A model generated the notes under the pieces. That model was not told the origin of the DNA, did no database searches, and saw only the letters and a list, made by a program, of their open reading frames with translations. Below, one piece after another: positions 1 through 14,126 of a stretch of DNA of 64,000 bases. Each line of letters opens with the position of its first letter. Within the stretch, counting starts at the first letter, position 1. A program made the position numbers and the translations under genes. This stretch comes from the human T2T-CHM13v2.0 reference genome, Homo sapiens: assembly GCF_009914755.1 (NCBI RefSeq), contig NC_060928.1. One strand, 5' to 3'.

Positions 1-1533
1 CTCTGGCAAGGGAAGGGGAATAGGAAACATTTTGAAACACACCAGAGAATTCTCTTCTTCTTAATTAGGCCTACCCTCAAAAGAAACTAATTAACCAGAA
101 CCTAACCTGCTGGGATTATATCAGAGCTTAATCTACCTAAGGGTAGGGAAATACCCAACTGTAGCCCATCTAGTCATTTTGTCTCACCTAATGTGGGGAG
201 TAGGGAGACTGAGAAAAGTCTGCAGTCCAGAGGCATGGGATTACCGTAAGACTGAGATGTAATAGTAGGACTATACATCACTTCCTGTCCACTCCCTTCT
301 TACCACTTTATTACTATAAGCCTGTTTATAGAAGTTTCTTTTACCTGGCACAACACATCTACCTTTCAACAAGGTGTAATAAGAAAATTAACAAGAAACA
401 CTGAAAGGCAAAAGAACTGTTTGAAGCGACCTGACAATCATCAGAGCAATATTCAGATATGGCAGGAATGTTGGAATTATCAGACCAGGAATTTAAAAAA
501 AAAAAACAACTTAAACTATGATTAAAATGCTAAGAATAGAACACAATGTGCAAGAACTGTGGCATAACTATAAATAGATGTAACTTATACATAATGATAA
601 TGCTGGAAAGAGAAGAAGGAGAGATAGGAGCTAAAGCAATATGGACGCAAAAATTACAAATTCCCTAAATTAATGTCAGACACCAAACTACAGATCCAGA
701 AATCTCAGAAAATACCAAGAAGAATAAATGCCAAAAAAGTACATCTAGGCATTTATCATATAAAAACTTAGAAAATCAAAGCTGAAAAAAAATCTTGGGA
801 GAAACCAGAGGAAAAGAACAGTTCACCTATAGAGGAGCAGAGAACTACAACTGACTTCTCCTGAGAAACAAGGAAGCAAGCAAGCTTGCTGCATAGCAAG
901 AAGAGAGTGGGATAAAATATTTTAAGTGTTAAGAGATAAAACCCACCAACTTAAAACTCTGCACCTTGTGAGGTTATTCTTCAAAAGTAAAGGAGCAATA
1001 AGGATTTCCTCAGAAAAATAAAAATTAAGGGATTTTTTTTCATTAGTAAACCTGCCTTGCAAAAGAAGTTCTTCATAGGGAAAAAATTATGTAGGTCAGA
1101 AATTCAGATCAACATAAATAAAGGAAGAGCACCAGAAAATGCATAAGTAAAGGTAAAATACTAACTTTTCTTTTCCTTAGTTGATCTAACAGAAAACAAT
1201 AATAATAATAGCAATAGTGTATTCAATTATGTACACATATATGTGTGTATATATATATATACATACACATATATATGCATGCTTATGCATATGTGAAATG
1301 AATGTAACAATACTATAAGGACAGAAGGGAGAAGCTAGTAATATTTTGTTATTATAAGGTACTTGGCTTACCTACGTGGTGATATGGTGTTATTTGAAAG
1401 CAGGTTTGGATTAATTGTAAATTTATGTTGCAAAATTCTAAGGTAACAACTAAAAAAGTACAAAGAAAAAAAGTATAATTAACATGCTAAGAAATGAGAG
1501 AAAATAAAATCAGAAAATATTCAAACTGTAAAA
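1..1533 (+). mobile_element. Old LINE-1 (L1MC1-like), 5' part: end of 5'UTR, degenerate ORF1, inter-ORF region; runs off the window start
   Basis: ORF1 C-terminal-like sequence at ~690-1050 (cagatccagaaatctcagaaaataccaag...tcacctatagagg...ctgacttctc). Continues colinearly at ~4167 after a nested insertion. Confidence 0.8.
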
Positions 1534-1539
1534 TATATA

Positions 1540-3095
<1,556 letters not shown>

Positions 3096-4155
3096 CATCA
3101 AGCTACAAAGCTTCTGGATAGCAAAGAGAATATTCAACAAAATGAAGAGGCAAACCACAGGATGTGAGAAAATATTTACAAACTACCCATCTGACAGGAG
3201 ATTAATAACCTGAATATAAGGAGCTCAAACAACTCAATAGCAAAAAGTCAAATAATCTCATTTAAAATGGAAAAAATATCAGAATAGGCATTCTTAAAAT
3301 GAGGCATACAAATGGCCAACAGATAAATGGAAAAATGCTCAACATCACTAATTGTCAGAGAAGTGCAAAACAAAACTAAAATGAGACATCATCTCACTCC
3401 AGTTAAAATGGCTTTTATCAAAAGACAGGCAAAGCTGGCATGTTTGAAGAAAAGGGAGCCCTCATACACTGCTGGTGATAATATAAATTAGTACTGCCAG
3501 TATGGAAGACAATTTGGAGATTCCTCAAAAAACTAAAGGTAGAACTACCATATAATCCACCGTCACAATAGCCAGTCTATGGAATTAACCTAAGTGTCCA
3601 GCAGTGGGTTAATGAATAAAGCAAATGTAGATATACAAAATGGAATTATTCAGACATGAAATGAATGAAATCTTATCATTTGTAGCAACATGGATGGGAC
3701 CAATTATTATGTTAAATGAAATAAACCAAGCATGGAAAGACAAATATCACATGTTGTCACTCGTATTGAAAGCTAAAAAAGTTTATCTCATGGAGTTAAA
3801 GTAGAATGATGGTTACCACAGGCTGGGAAGAGTAGTAGGTGGGAGAGTGATAAAAGGCTATATTTCATGGGTAAAAAAAAAAAAAAAATTATATTGAAGG
3901 AATAAAACCTAGTATTTGGTAGTAAAATAGGACTATGTAGCTAACAATAACTTTTATTTCAAAATAACAAAAAGAGTAGAATTGGAACACTCCTAACACC
4001 AACAAATGATAAATGCTTGAGTTGATGGATATCCCAATTACTCTGATTTAGGCAGTGCACATTTTATGCTCGGATCAAAATTTCACAGCTACCCCATAAA
4101 TTTGTGCAACTATTATGTATTTATAATAATTAAAAATAAAAAAAATTAAATAATA
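3096..4155 (+). mobile_element. Forward 3' segment of the nested L1MA-type element (ORF2 end, 3'UTR, A tail)
   Basis: Begins catcaagctacaaagcttctg; L1MA-type 3'UTR (gatggatatcccaattactctgatt...ccccataaat); A-rich tail; candidate TSD aaact(g/a)taaaa at 1523-1533 and 4156-4166. Confidence 0.85.
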
Positions 4156-6615
4156 AAACTATAAAAAAGAGAAAAAGTGTAAAAACAAAAATAGACAAAA
4201 TGAAAAGGAAAACAAACAGAAAACATGAACAAATATGGTAGAAATTAATTGAACCATATCAATATTAATCTGAAATATCAAGTCTAAATACACTAATGAA
4301 AAGACAAAGATTGAGTATATCAAACAAGAAGACTCAACTATATGCCATCTATTAGAAACCCACTTTGAATATAAAGACACGTACACATTGAAAGTAAATG
4401 AGTAAAGGAAAATATACCTTGCTAGCACTAAAAAAGCAAAGTATCTGTTAATTTTAATATCGATGTTAAATTTAGAGCAGACTTCAGAGCAAGTAAAGTT
4501 ATCAGAGATAAACAGAGACATTATATATTGATAATGGAGGTAATACACCAAGAAGATATAACAACCCTTAAAGTACATGTGTTTAACAAGAAAGTGTCAA
4601 AATAGATGAGACAAAAACCAAAAACTGACAGAGTTGCAAGAAAAAATAAATGAGTCCACTATTATAGTTGGAGATCCCATTCAGAAATGAATAGATTCAG
4701 CAGTCAAAAACTCAGTAAGAACACAGTTGAACTCAATAACTGGAATTCAATAACTCATCCATCAACTGGAAATATGTGGCATCTATTGATTACTCCATTG
4801 AACAACAGCAGAATGCACATTCTTCTCAAGCTCACATGGAATATTCACCAGTTTAGATTGTATTATGTTATGTAAGTCACACCTTAATAAATTTAAAAGA
4901 ATAAATCTATCCTATGTCTGCTCTCAGATCATGATGGAATCTATAATGGAAATCAATTTAGAAATCAACAGAAAGATGGCTGGAAAATTCTAAAATACTT
5001 AGAGATTAAACAACACACTTCTAATAACACATGAGTCAAAGAAGAAATCTTAAGAGAAACTAAAAAATAAGTTGAACTAAATGAAAATAATAATAAAACT
5101 CATCATAATTTGTGAGATGTAATGAAAGCAGTGCTTATGGGGAAATTTATGCCACTGAATGCATATATTAGAAATAATCATCTAAAATCAGTTATCTAAT
5201 TTTTCCCCTTAGGAAACTAGAAAAGCAGAGCAAATTAAATACAAAGTAGGAAGAAGAGAAGAGTTAGTAAAAATTAGAGCAGAAATCAATGAAATTAAAC
5301 AAGAAATCAATACAGGGTATCAACAAAACCCAAAAGCTGATTCTATAAAAAGATCAGTTAAGTCAATGAGCCTCTTGCCCCAGCAAGCCTAACTAAGCCA
5401 AAAAGAGAAACACAAATTACTAATATCAGAAATGAAAGAGGGGACATCACTACCTGCTTATGAACATTAAAAGGATAACAAAAGAACATTCTGAACAACT
5501 GTGTGCCCACAAATCTGATATCTCAGATAAAACAAACGAATTCCTTGAATGACATAATTTGCCAAAACTCACAAAAGAAAGAATAGAAAATATGAATTGG
5601 TTTGTATCTATTAAAGACATTGCATCAGTAATCAATAACCTTCCAAAACAGAAAGTACCAGGTCTAGATGGGTGCACTGGTGAATTCAACAAGACATTTA
5701 AGAAACAAATTATATCAATTCTCTACAGTCTCTTTCAGAAAACAGATGAAGAGGAAATATTGAATAACTCATTCTGTAAAATCAGCATTACCCTAATACC
5801 AAAACCTGCCAAAGACATTACAAGAAAGTAAAACTACAAACCAATCTTTTTTATTAATAGACACAGAAATCCTCAACAAAATATTATCAAATTAAAACCA
5901 ACAATATAGAAAAAGAATTATACACCTTGACAAAGTGCAATTTATCCCAGTATGCAAAGCTCATTCAAATTTCAAACATCAATGTAAACCATCATATCAA
6001 TGCACTAACTAGAAAAAAATCACATGATCTTATCAATAGGTTTCAAAAAAACCATTTGACAAAATTTCACATTTCATTCGTAATTAAAACTCTCACTGTA
6101 CCAGAGATATATCAGAACTTTTTCAATTTGATAAAGAACACCTACAAAAATCTTACAGCTAATACCATATTTAATGCTGAGAAACTAGAAGTTTTCCACT
6201 AAGATCAGGAACAAAGTGGCAAGGGTATCTCCTCTCATCATTCCTTTTTAACATAATATTGGAAGTCCTAGCTAGTGCAATAAGACAAGAAAAATAAATA
6301 AATAAATATATAGATTGGAATGGAAAAAATAAAACAGTATTTGTTTGAAGATGGCATGGTCATCTAACTAGAAAATCTGAAAGAATTTACAAAGAAAGCT
6401 TTTGAAACTAATAAGTTATCCTAACAAGGTTGCAGTATATAATGTTAACATAAGAAAGCCAATTGCTCTCTTACATACAACAATGAACAAGCGGGATTTG
6501 AAATTAGAAGCATAATAATATTTACTCAGCATCCCCCTCCAAAAATGGATTACTTAGATATAAATCTGACAAAATATGTTCAAGACCTATATGAGAAAAA
6601 CTATAAAACTCTGAT

Positions 6616-6905
6616 TCACGCCTGTAATCCCAGCACTTTGGGAGGCCGAGGCGGGTGGATCACGAGGTCAGGAGATTGAGACCATCCTGGCTAACACAGT
6701 GAAACCCCGGCTCTACTAAAAATACAAAAATTAGCTGGGCGTGTTGGTGGGTGCCTGTAGTCCCAGCCACTCAGGAGGCTGAGACAGAAGAATGGCGTGA
6801 ACCCGGGAGGCGGAGCTTGCAGTGAGCCGAGATCACGTCACTGCACTGCAGCCTGGGCGACAGAGCGAGACTGTATCTCAAAAAAACAAAAACAAAAACA
6901 AAAAC
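6616..6905 (+). mobile_element. AluY, slightly 5'-truncated
   Basis: AluY diagnostics (gatcacgaggtcaggaga..gaccatcctggctaacac; gaatggcgtgaacccgggaggcggagcttg). TSD aaactctgat at 6606-6615 and 6906-6915. Confidence 0.96.
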
Positions 6906-7159
6906 AAACTCTGATAAAAGATATCAAAGAAGAGCTAAATGGAGATATTTCATGTTCATAGATAGGAAGACTCAATATTGTCAAGATATCAGTTATTTCT
7001 AACATTATCTATAGGTTCAATGTAATCATAATCAAAATCCTGGCATGTTATTCTTTGAATATCAACAAACTGATTTTAAAGCGTATATAGAGAGTGAAAA
7101 GATTTAGCATAGTCAATGCAGTATTGAAAGAGAATAACTAAATTAAAAAACTGACAATT

Positions 7160-7370
7160 ATAAACCTTCTATTAAAAAGGGAGATGCATAAGGAAACTTT
7201 TCAAGGTTACTTTGATAGTGGTGATGGTTTTATAGCTATATGCATACATTCAAACTCACACAATGTATGCAATGAATCAATTCATAATGCCAAACTCATT
7301 TAGATTTTATTATATTCACTACAGATGTACAGATTGTGAGTATTATACTTCAAAACATGGTTAAACACAG
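7160..7370 (+). mobile_element. Short L1 3'UTR fragment (L1MB/L1MA10-like) nested in the L1MC1 ORF2
   Basis: Interrupts the host between actgaca and cttattataaag. Contains aaggaaactttt...ttgatagtggtgatggttt...caaactca, typical of these 3' ends. Confidence 0.5.
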
Positions 7371-8949
7371 GCCTTATTATAAAGAAACAGTAATCAAGAC
7401 AATGTGGTATTGGTGAAAAAATAGACTAATTGATCAACTAATTGCTGAATAGACTAACAATAGGAGCTCAGAAATAGACTGAAATAAATCCAGTCAACTG
7501 GTCTTTGACAAAGGAGCAAAGGCAATATTATGAAGCAGTTAGTCTTCTCAATAAATGGTGCTTGAAAAACTGGACATCTATATACAAAGAAATCTACACA
7601 CAGACATTAATCCTTCAAAAATATTAACTCAAAATGGATTATAGACATAAATGTAAAATGCAAAACTATACCTATGTGGTGTTCAGTAAGATGACTTTCT
7701 AGGTAAAACACCAAAGGCTCCAACCATTTAAATAAATAATTTAAAAACTGAACTTAATTAACAACTTCCGCTCTGTGAAAGACAATGTCAGGAGAAAAAG
7801 AAGACAATCTACAGACTGAGAGAAAATATATGCATAAGACACACCTGATAAAGAACTTTTATCCAAAATATGCAAAAACTCCTAAAACTCAGCAATAAGA
7901 AAATGAACAACCTAGTTTCAAAGCGAGTAAAAGACTTGAATGTCTGTTCACCCCATCAAAGATGGCAAATAAGCATTTGAAAAGATGTTTAACATTGTGT
8001 TATTAGGAAATTGCAAATTAAAACAAAAATAAGATTCTACTACATACATACCTGAACGGCCAAAATCCAAAACATCGATAATACCATATGCTGGTGAGGA
8101 TGTAAAGAGACTCTCTCATTCAATGCTGGTGAGAATGCAAATAGTACAACCACTTCGAAAGACACTTTGATAGTTTCTTATAAAGCTAAACATACTTATA
8201 CTATGTAATCTAGCAATTGTACTCCTTGGTATTTATCCAAATAAATTGAAAACTTTTGCCAACAGAAGTTCCTGCACAGGGATGTTTATAGTTGCTTTAT
8301 TTATAGCTGCCAAAACTTGGAATCAACCAAGTTGTCCTCTAATAGGTGATTGGATAAATAAACTATGGTACAACCAGACAATGGAATATTGTTCAATACT
8401 AAAAAACATCGAAAAGTTTTTCTCTATGAAAATACATGGAGAAAACATAAATGTGTGTTACTAAGTGAAATATGCCCATCTGAAAAGGCTACTATATGCA
8501 TACTGTATAATTCTAACTATATGACATTCCAGAAAATGCAAAACTATGGAGGCTAAAAATATCAGTGGTTGCTGGGGTATGGGGAGAAGGAGGGATGAAT
8601 AGGCAGAGCACAAGTAATTTTAAGGCAGTGAAACTATTCTGTATGATATTATGACAGCAGATATTTGTCAATAAGCATTTGTCAATACCCATAGAATGTA
8701 TAATATCATGATTGAATGCTAATGTAAACTAGGTAATTTAGGTGATAATGATGTCTCAATGCAACTTCACAGAGTGTAACAAATGTACGACTATGGTGGA
8801 AGTTGTTGACAGTGGAAGAAGTTGTGCATGTGTGGAGACAGGGTGTATGTGGGAAATCTCTGTACTTCTGCTCAATTTTGCTGTGAATCTACAACTTCTC
8901 TAAAAATAAAGTTTTTATTAAAAGTTAAAAACAACATCAATATTATATA

Positions 8950-9162
8950 GTGCTGAATAAACACAAAAGTAAAACTGGAGAAATCTGAATAAGATGACCA
9001 GTTTGTATCAATGTCAGTATTGTAGTTGCAGAATTACACTACAGTTTTGCAAAATGTTATCAGTAGGGGAAACTGAGTGAAGTGTAGAGGAGAATCTATA
9101 TTGACTTTTACAACTGCATCTGAATATACATCTATCTGAATGCAAAGTTCAATTTAAAAAAT
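8950..9162 (+). mobile_element. L1MC3/4-like 3' end fragment
   Basis: aaaactggagaaatctgaataag...tgtatcaatgtcagtat...gttttgcaaaatgttatcagtaggggaaactgagtgaag. Confidence 0.65.
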
Positions 9163-9449
9163 AAGGTTATGTCTGCTACCGGAGTAGGTAGCCAGATCGA
9201 GAGTTTTATTCTAAAAATACAATGAAGAAAATGTCATGAGAATCAATGAGGGTATCTACACTTCTTGAATGCTCACTACTTAATTGAGTAGTGGAGCAGA
9301 AAAAGAAAATGACTAGATTTGAAAACTGGATGGTAGGGAGAATCACAGCAGCCACAGCAGGGCTAAGAAACCCATGAAAAGCAAAAGCACTTGATATTTT
9401 AACATCAAGTTGGAAGTGATTTTTAAAAAATAGAAAGAAAAAAATGTGC

Positions 9450-9630
9450 TTAAAGCTTAGGAAAAGAGGTCAGGATTACAGATGTAGATTTGTACATCTA
9501 TAAGTTCCATGCATTGAGATAATTCAAAACATGGCAGTGGTCAAGTTGCTTACAGAAAAAAAAAATGAAAGAAAAAGGCAAAAATTATCCTGTGACCAAA
9601 ATATAGAAGAATGCCTATGTTTAGTTCTTA
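9450..9630 (-). mobile_element. L2 fragment (highly degenerate)
   Basis: aagaggtcaggattacagatgtagatttg...catggcagtgg resembles the L2 antisense consensus. Confidence 0.35.
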
Positions 9631-10149
9631 GGCAAGGCATACAGTGAACAAATAAATGAAATCAAGTAGAAAGGTAGAACATTTTTAAAAATGGATGATT
9701 ACAGAGAATCAAATGCCAATCCAAATTTTGTATTGAATAACTGAGGAAGTTTTGAAATGTTGAAGTTGTTGCTGTCCTCCAAGAAAACAATCTTAGTTTA
9801 ATTTATAGATCATGGTAAGGAAAGGAAGATAGTTGGTAAATCCAATGGCTCTAAGAAGTTTGGGGAACAAGATAGCCAACTGGCATACAATGCTGACTTC
9901 TTATACCTGGAAATCTTAAGCAATAGGAGAGTGATGGTTCCCAGAGGCTGGCTCATTAACAGAAACATTATTCATATCCTGTAGAGAGACAATGGTGATT
10001 GAATAATGATTGTATATGTGTGGGAAATGGTAAAAAAACAAAACAAAACAAAACCTGTAAAGGATGAAGGGAAAGGTTTCATGTTGGGCCTTTTTGTTTC
10101 CTTGTCATAGCCCTGTATATAATTTTGCTACTTAGGGCTAATTTGACTC

Positions 10150-11280
<1,131 letters not shown>

Positions 11281-11950
11281 AGAGTTGAAAGAACATATTC
11301 TACAAGAAAACATACAGAAAAAAATTAAACAGAAAAACCTTGCAGTGGAAATGAAAATTCTATGCTGGAAGATGGCCAACTAGAAGCAGTTAGTGTGTGC
11401 CACTCTCATGGAAAGAAATAGAAGGGGAAAGTAACCTTTAACTGAAACACCTAGGTACATGCATTGGGATTCATTAAGAAAAGAACTTGACCTGCAGAGG
11501 ATGGAACAAGGCAAGGTAGGATGACCGCCCACTCGGAGTCGCATGGAGCCAGAGGAGCCTCCCCACCCAGGGAAGCAGTGAGTAAGTGAGCAACCCTGGG
11601 GATCCATGCTTCTCCCATGGATCTTTGCAACTCTTGGGTCAGGAGATTCCCTCATAAACCCAGTCCACCAAGGCCTTCATTCTAACAGGCCAAGCTATGT
11701 GGAGTCTTGGCAGAGCAGCTGCTCAGGCACATGTGGAGCCCCAGAAGCTTTAGATACCCAGGGTTCCTGGCAAAAGTGGCTGCAACTCCAGCAAAACGGG
11801 AGGTAAGACCCCCATACATACCCCTAGAGAAGAGGCTGAATCTAGGGGACTGAGCAGCCACAGTCTGCAGGCCTTGCTTCCATGGCATCTTGCAGGATAA
11901 GACCCTGTGGCTTGGAACTCCAGCTAGCCATGAGTAGCAACATTACATTT

Positions 11951-13000
11951 CCCTGAGACACAGATCCCAGAGGGAGGGGCAGTCTGCCCACTTGGCTATT
12001 TTGCAGCTTTAGTCATTGATGCCTTCAGGTTCTGAGGAATTCAAGGTGTCTAGGAACTGGAGTGGTCCCCCAGCACAGCACAGTAGCTCTATGAAGAGGC
12101 AGCCAGACTGCTTTTTCATACAGACCCTGGAACCCATTTCTCTTCACTGAGTGGAATCCCACAACCAAGGTCTACAACCACCCCCACAGGTGTTTTCCAG
12201 CTAGCAGCAATTCCAAACCTACCTGGGATGGAGCTCCCAAAGGGAAGGGAGGGTCATCATCTTTTCTGTTTTGCAGCTTTAGCCACTGTCACCTTCAGGC
12301 TTTGGAGAGTCTAAGGTGACTGGGGGCTGGAGCAGACCCCCCAGCACAGCACGGCTGCTGTACGGAAAAGTGCCAGAGTGCTCTATAAAGTAGGTCCCTC
12401 ATCCCCTTCCTTCCCACTGGGTGGGAGCTCCCTACCGAGGTTTCCAGCCACCACTGCCAGTGTGTTCAGGCTGGCAACAGATCTGTATCTCCCTGGGGTG
12501 GAGCTCCCAGATGGAGGGGCAGGCCACCATCTTTGCTGTTTTGCAGCCTTCACTGAAGATGCCTTCAGGTACTAGAAAATCTGAGGTAACTAGGGACTAG
12601 AGTGGATTGCCAGCATACTGCAGCAGCCCTGTGAAAAAGCAGCCTGACTGCTTGTTACATGGGTCCCTGATCCCATATCTCCTCCCTGGGTTGGTCTTCC
12701 CAACCTGGGTCTTCTGCCACCTCCACCTGGAACTATCAAGCCAGTAGCAACTCTGCAACTTCCTGGGACAGAGTACCCAGTAGGAGGAGCAGGTTGCCCT
12801 CTTTGCTTTCTCACAGCCCTTGCCCTTGCTGTCTCCAGGCTCTGGAGAGTACCCAGGATTATGGACTGGTCAAGACCCCCAGGACAGAGCACCCATTTCA
12901 TAGAAAAGTAGCTGGACTGTTCTCCATGCATGCCCCCATCCTCACTTCTCCTCACTGAGCAGGGCTGCCTGACCTGAGACTTCAGCACAACCACGCTGCT
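11951..13000 (+). repeat. Four diverged ~270-bp tandem units in the L1 5'UTR
   Basis: Units start near 11951, 12222, 12491 and 12761; each reads cctg(a/g)g...cccag...gg(a)ggg...ttttgcagc...ttcagg...ccagca...agactgc with variation. Confidence 0.85.
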
Positions 13001-13053
13001 GCTGCCTGACTACTTCGACAGCCTAGCAGTTGGAGCAATAGCCACATGCAGAG

Positions 13054-14057
13054 ATGAGAAAGAACCAACGCAAGAACTCCAACAATTCAAAAGGCCAGTG
13101 TCCTGTATCCTCCAAATCACCACATTAGTTCTTTAACAAAGGTTCTTAACCAGACTGACTTGGCTAAAATGACAGAAATAGAATTCAGAATATGGATTGG
13201 AACGAAGATCAGTGAGATTCAGGAGAACAGCAAAAACCAATCCAAGGAAATTAAGAATCACAATAAAATGATACTGGAGCTGACAGATGAAATAGCTGTT
13301 AAAAAAGAAGAATTTCCCTGGTCCGATAGACCTGAAAAACACACTACAAGGATTTCACAATGCAATCACAAGTATTGACAGCAGAATAGACCAAGCTGAG
13401 GAAAAAATCTTGGAACTTGAAGCCTCGTTCTCTGAAATAAGACAGCCAAACAAAAATAAAGAATGAAAAGGAATGAACAAAACCTTGGAAAAACATGGGA
13501 TTATGTAAGGAGTCCAAATTCATGAATCACTGGCATCTCAGAAAGGGAGAGGGAGAAAGCAAATAACTTGAAAAACATATTTCAGTATAGAGTCCGTGAA
13601 AACTTCCCCAACCATGCTAGAGTGGCTAAGAGTCAAACTCAGGAAATAGAGAGAACCCTTGCAAGATTCCACACAAGAAGATCATCCTCAAGGCACATAG
13701 TAATCAAGTTTTACAAGGTTGAAATGAAAGAAAGAATGTTAAAGACAGCTAGAGAGAAAGGGGAGGTCACCTACAAAGGGAATCCCATCAGGCTAACAGT
13801 GGGCATCTCAGTAGAAGCCCTACAAGCCAGAAGAGAATGGAGGCCTATATTCAATATTCTTAAAGAAAAAATCTTCAACCAAAAATTTCATATCTAGTCA
13901 AAATAAGCTTCCTAAGTGAAGGAGAAATAAGATCCTTTCCAGATAAGCAAATACTAAGGGAGTTTGTTATCATCAGACCTGCTTTACGAGAGATATTGAA
14001 AGGAGCACTAAGTATGGAAGGAAAGAAAGTTACCAACCACTACAAAAACACATGTAA
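13054..14057 (+). pseudogene. Disrupted L1 ORF1p (RNA-binding chaperone)
   Basis: ATG at 13054 (atgagaaagaaccaa). ORF pieces 13160..13378 and 13568..13897 carry the RHIVIKF, AREKG, TYKGNPIRLT and LQARREW motifs. Frameshifted. Confidence 0.88.
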
Positions 14058-14126
14058 GTACACAGAGCAGTGATACAATAAACAAACCTCACAAACAAGC
14101 TGGCATAATAACCAGCTAACACCACA

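Larger units (their letters stand above)
4167..8930 (+). mobile_element. L1MC1-like LINE-1: degenerate ORF2 and 3'UTR (continuation of 1-1533)
   Basis: ORF2-like fragments 5559..5831 (INNLPKQKVPGLDGCTGEF...ITLIPKPAKD) and 8246..8464 (CTGMFIVALFIAAKTWNQPSCP). L1MC1-type 3'UTR ending gggaaatctctgtacttctgctcaattttgctgtgaa...aaaaataaag. Confidence 0.88.

Noticed and set aside
1228-1295. TA/TG tract with local palindromes
   Set aside because: Short dinucleotide microsatellite in the L1 inter-ORF region; self-complementarity is trivial at this length.
11951-13000. Independent satellite or novel repeat array
   Set aside because: It lies inside the L1 5'UTR, within the element's TSDs.
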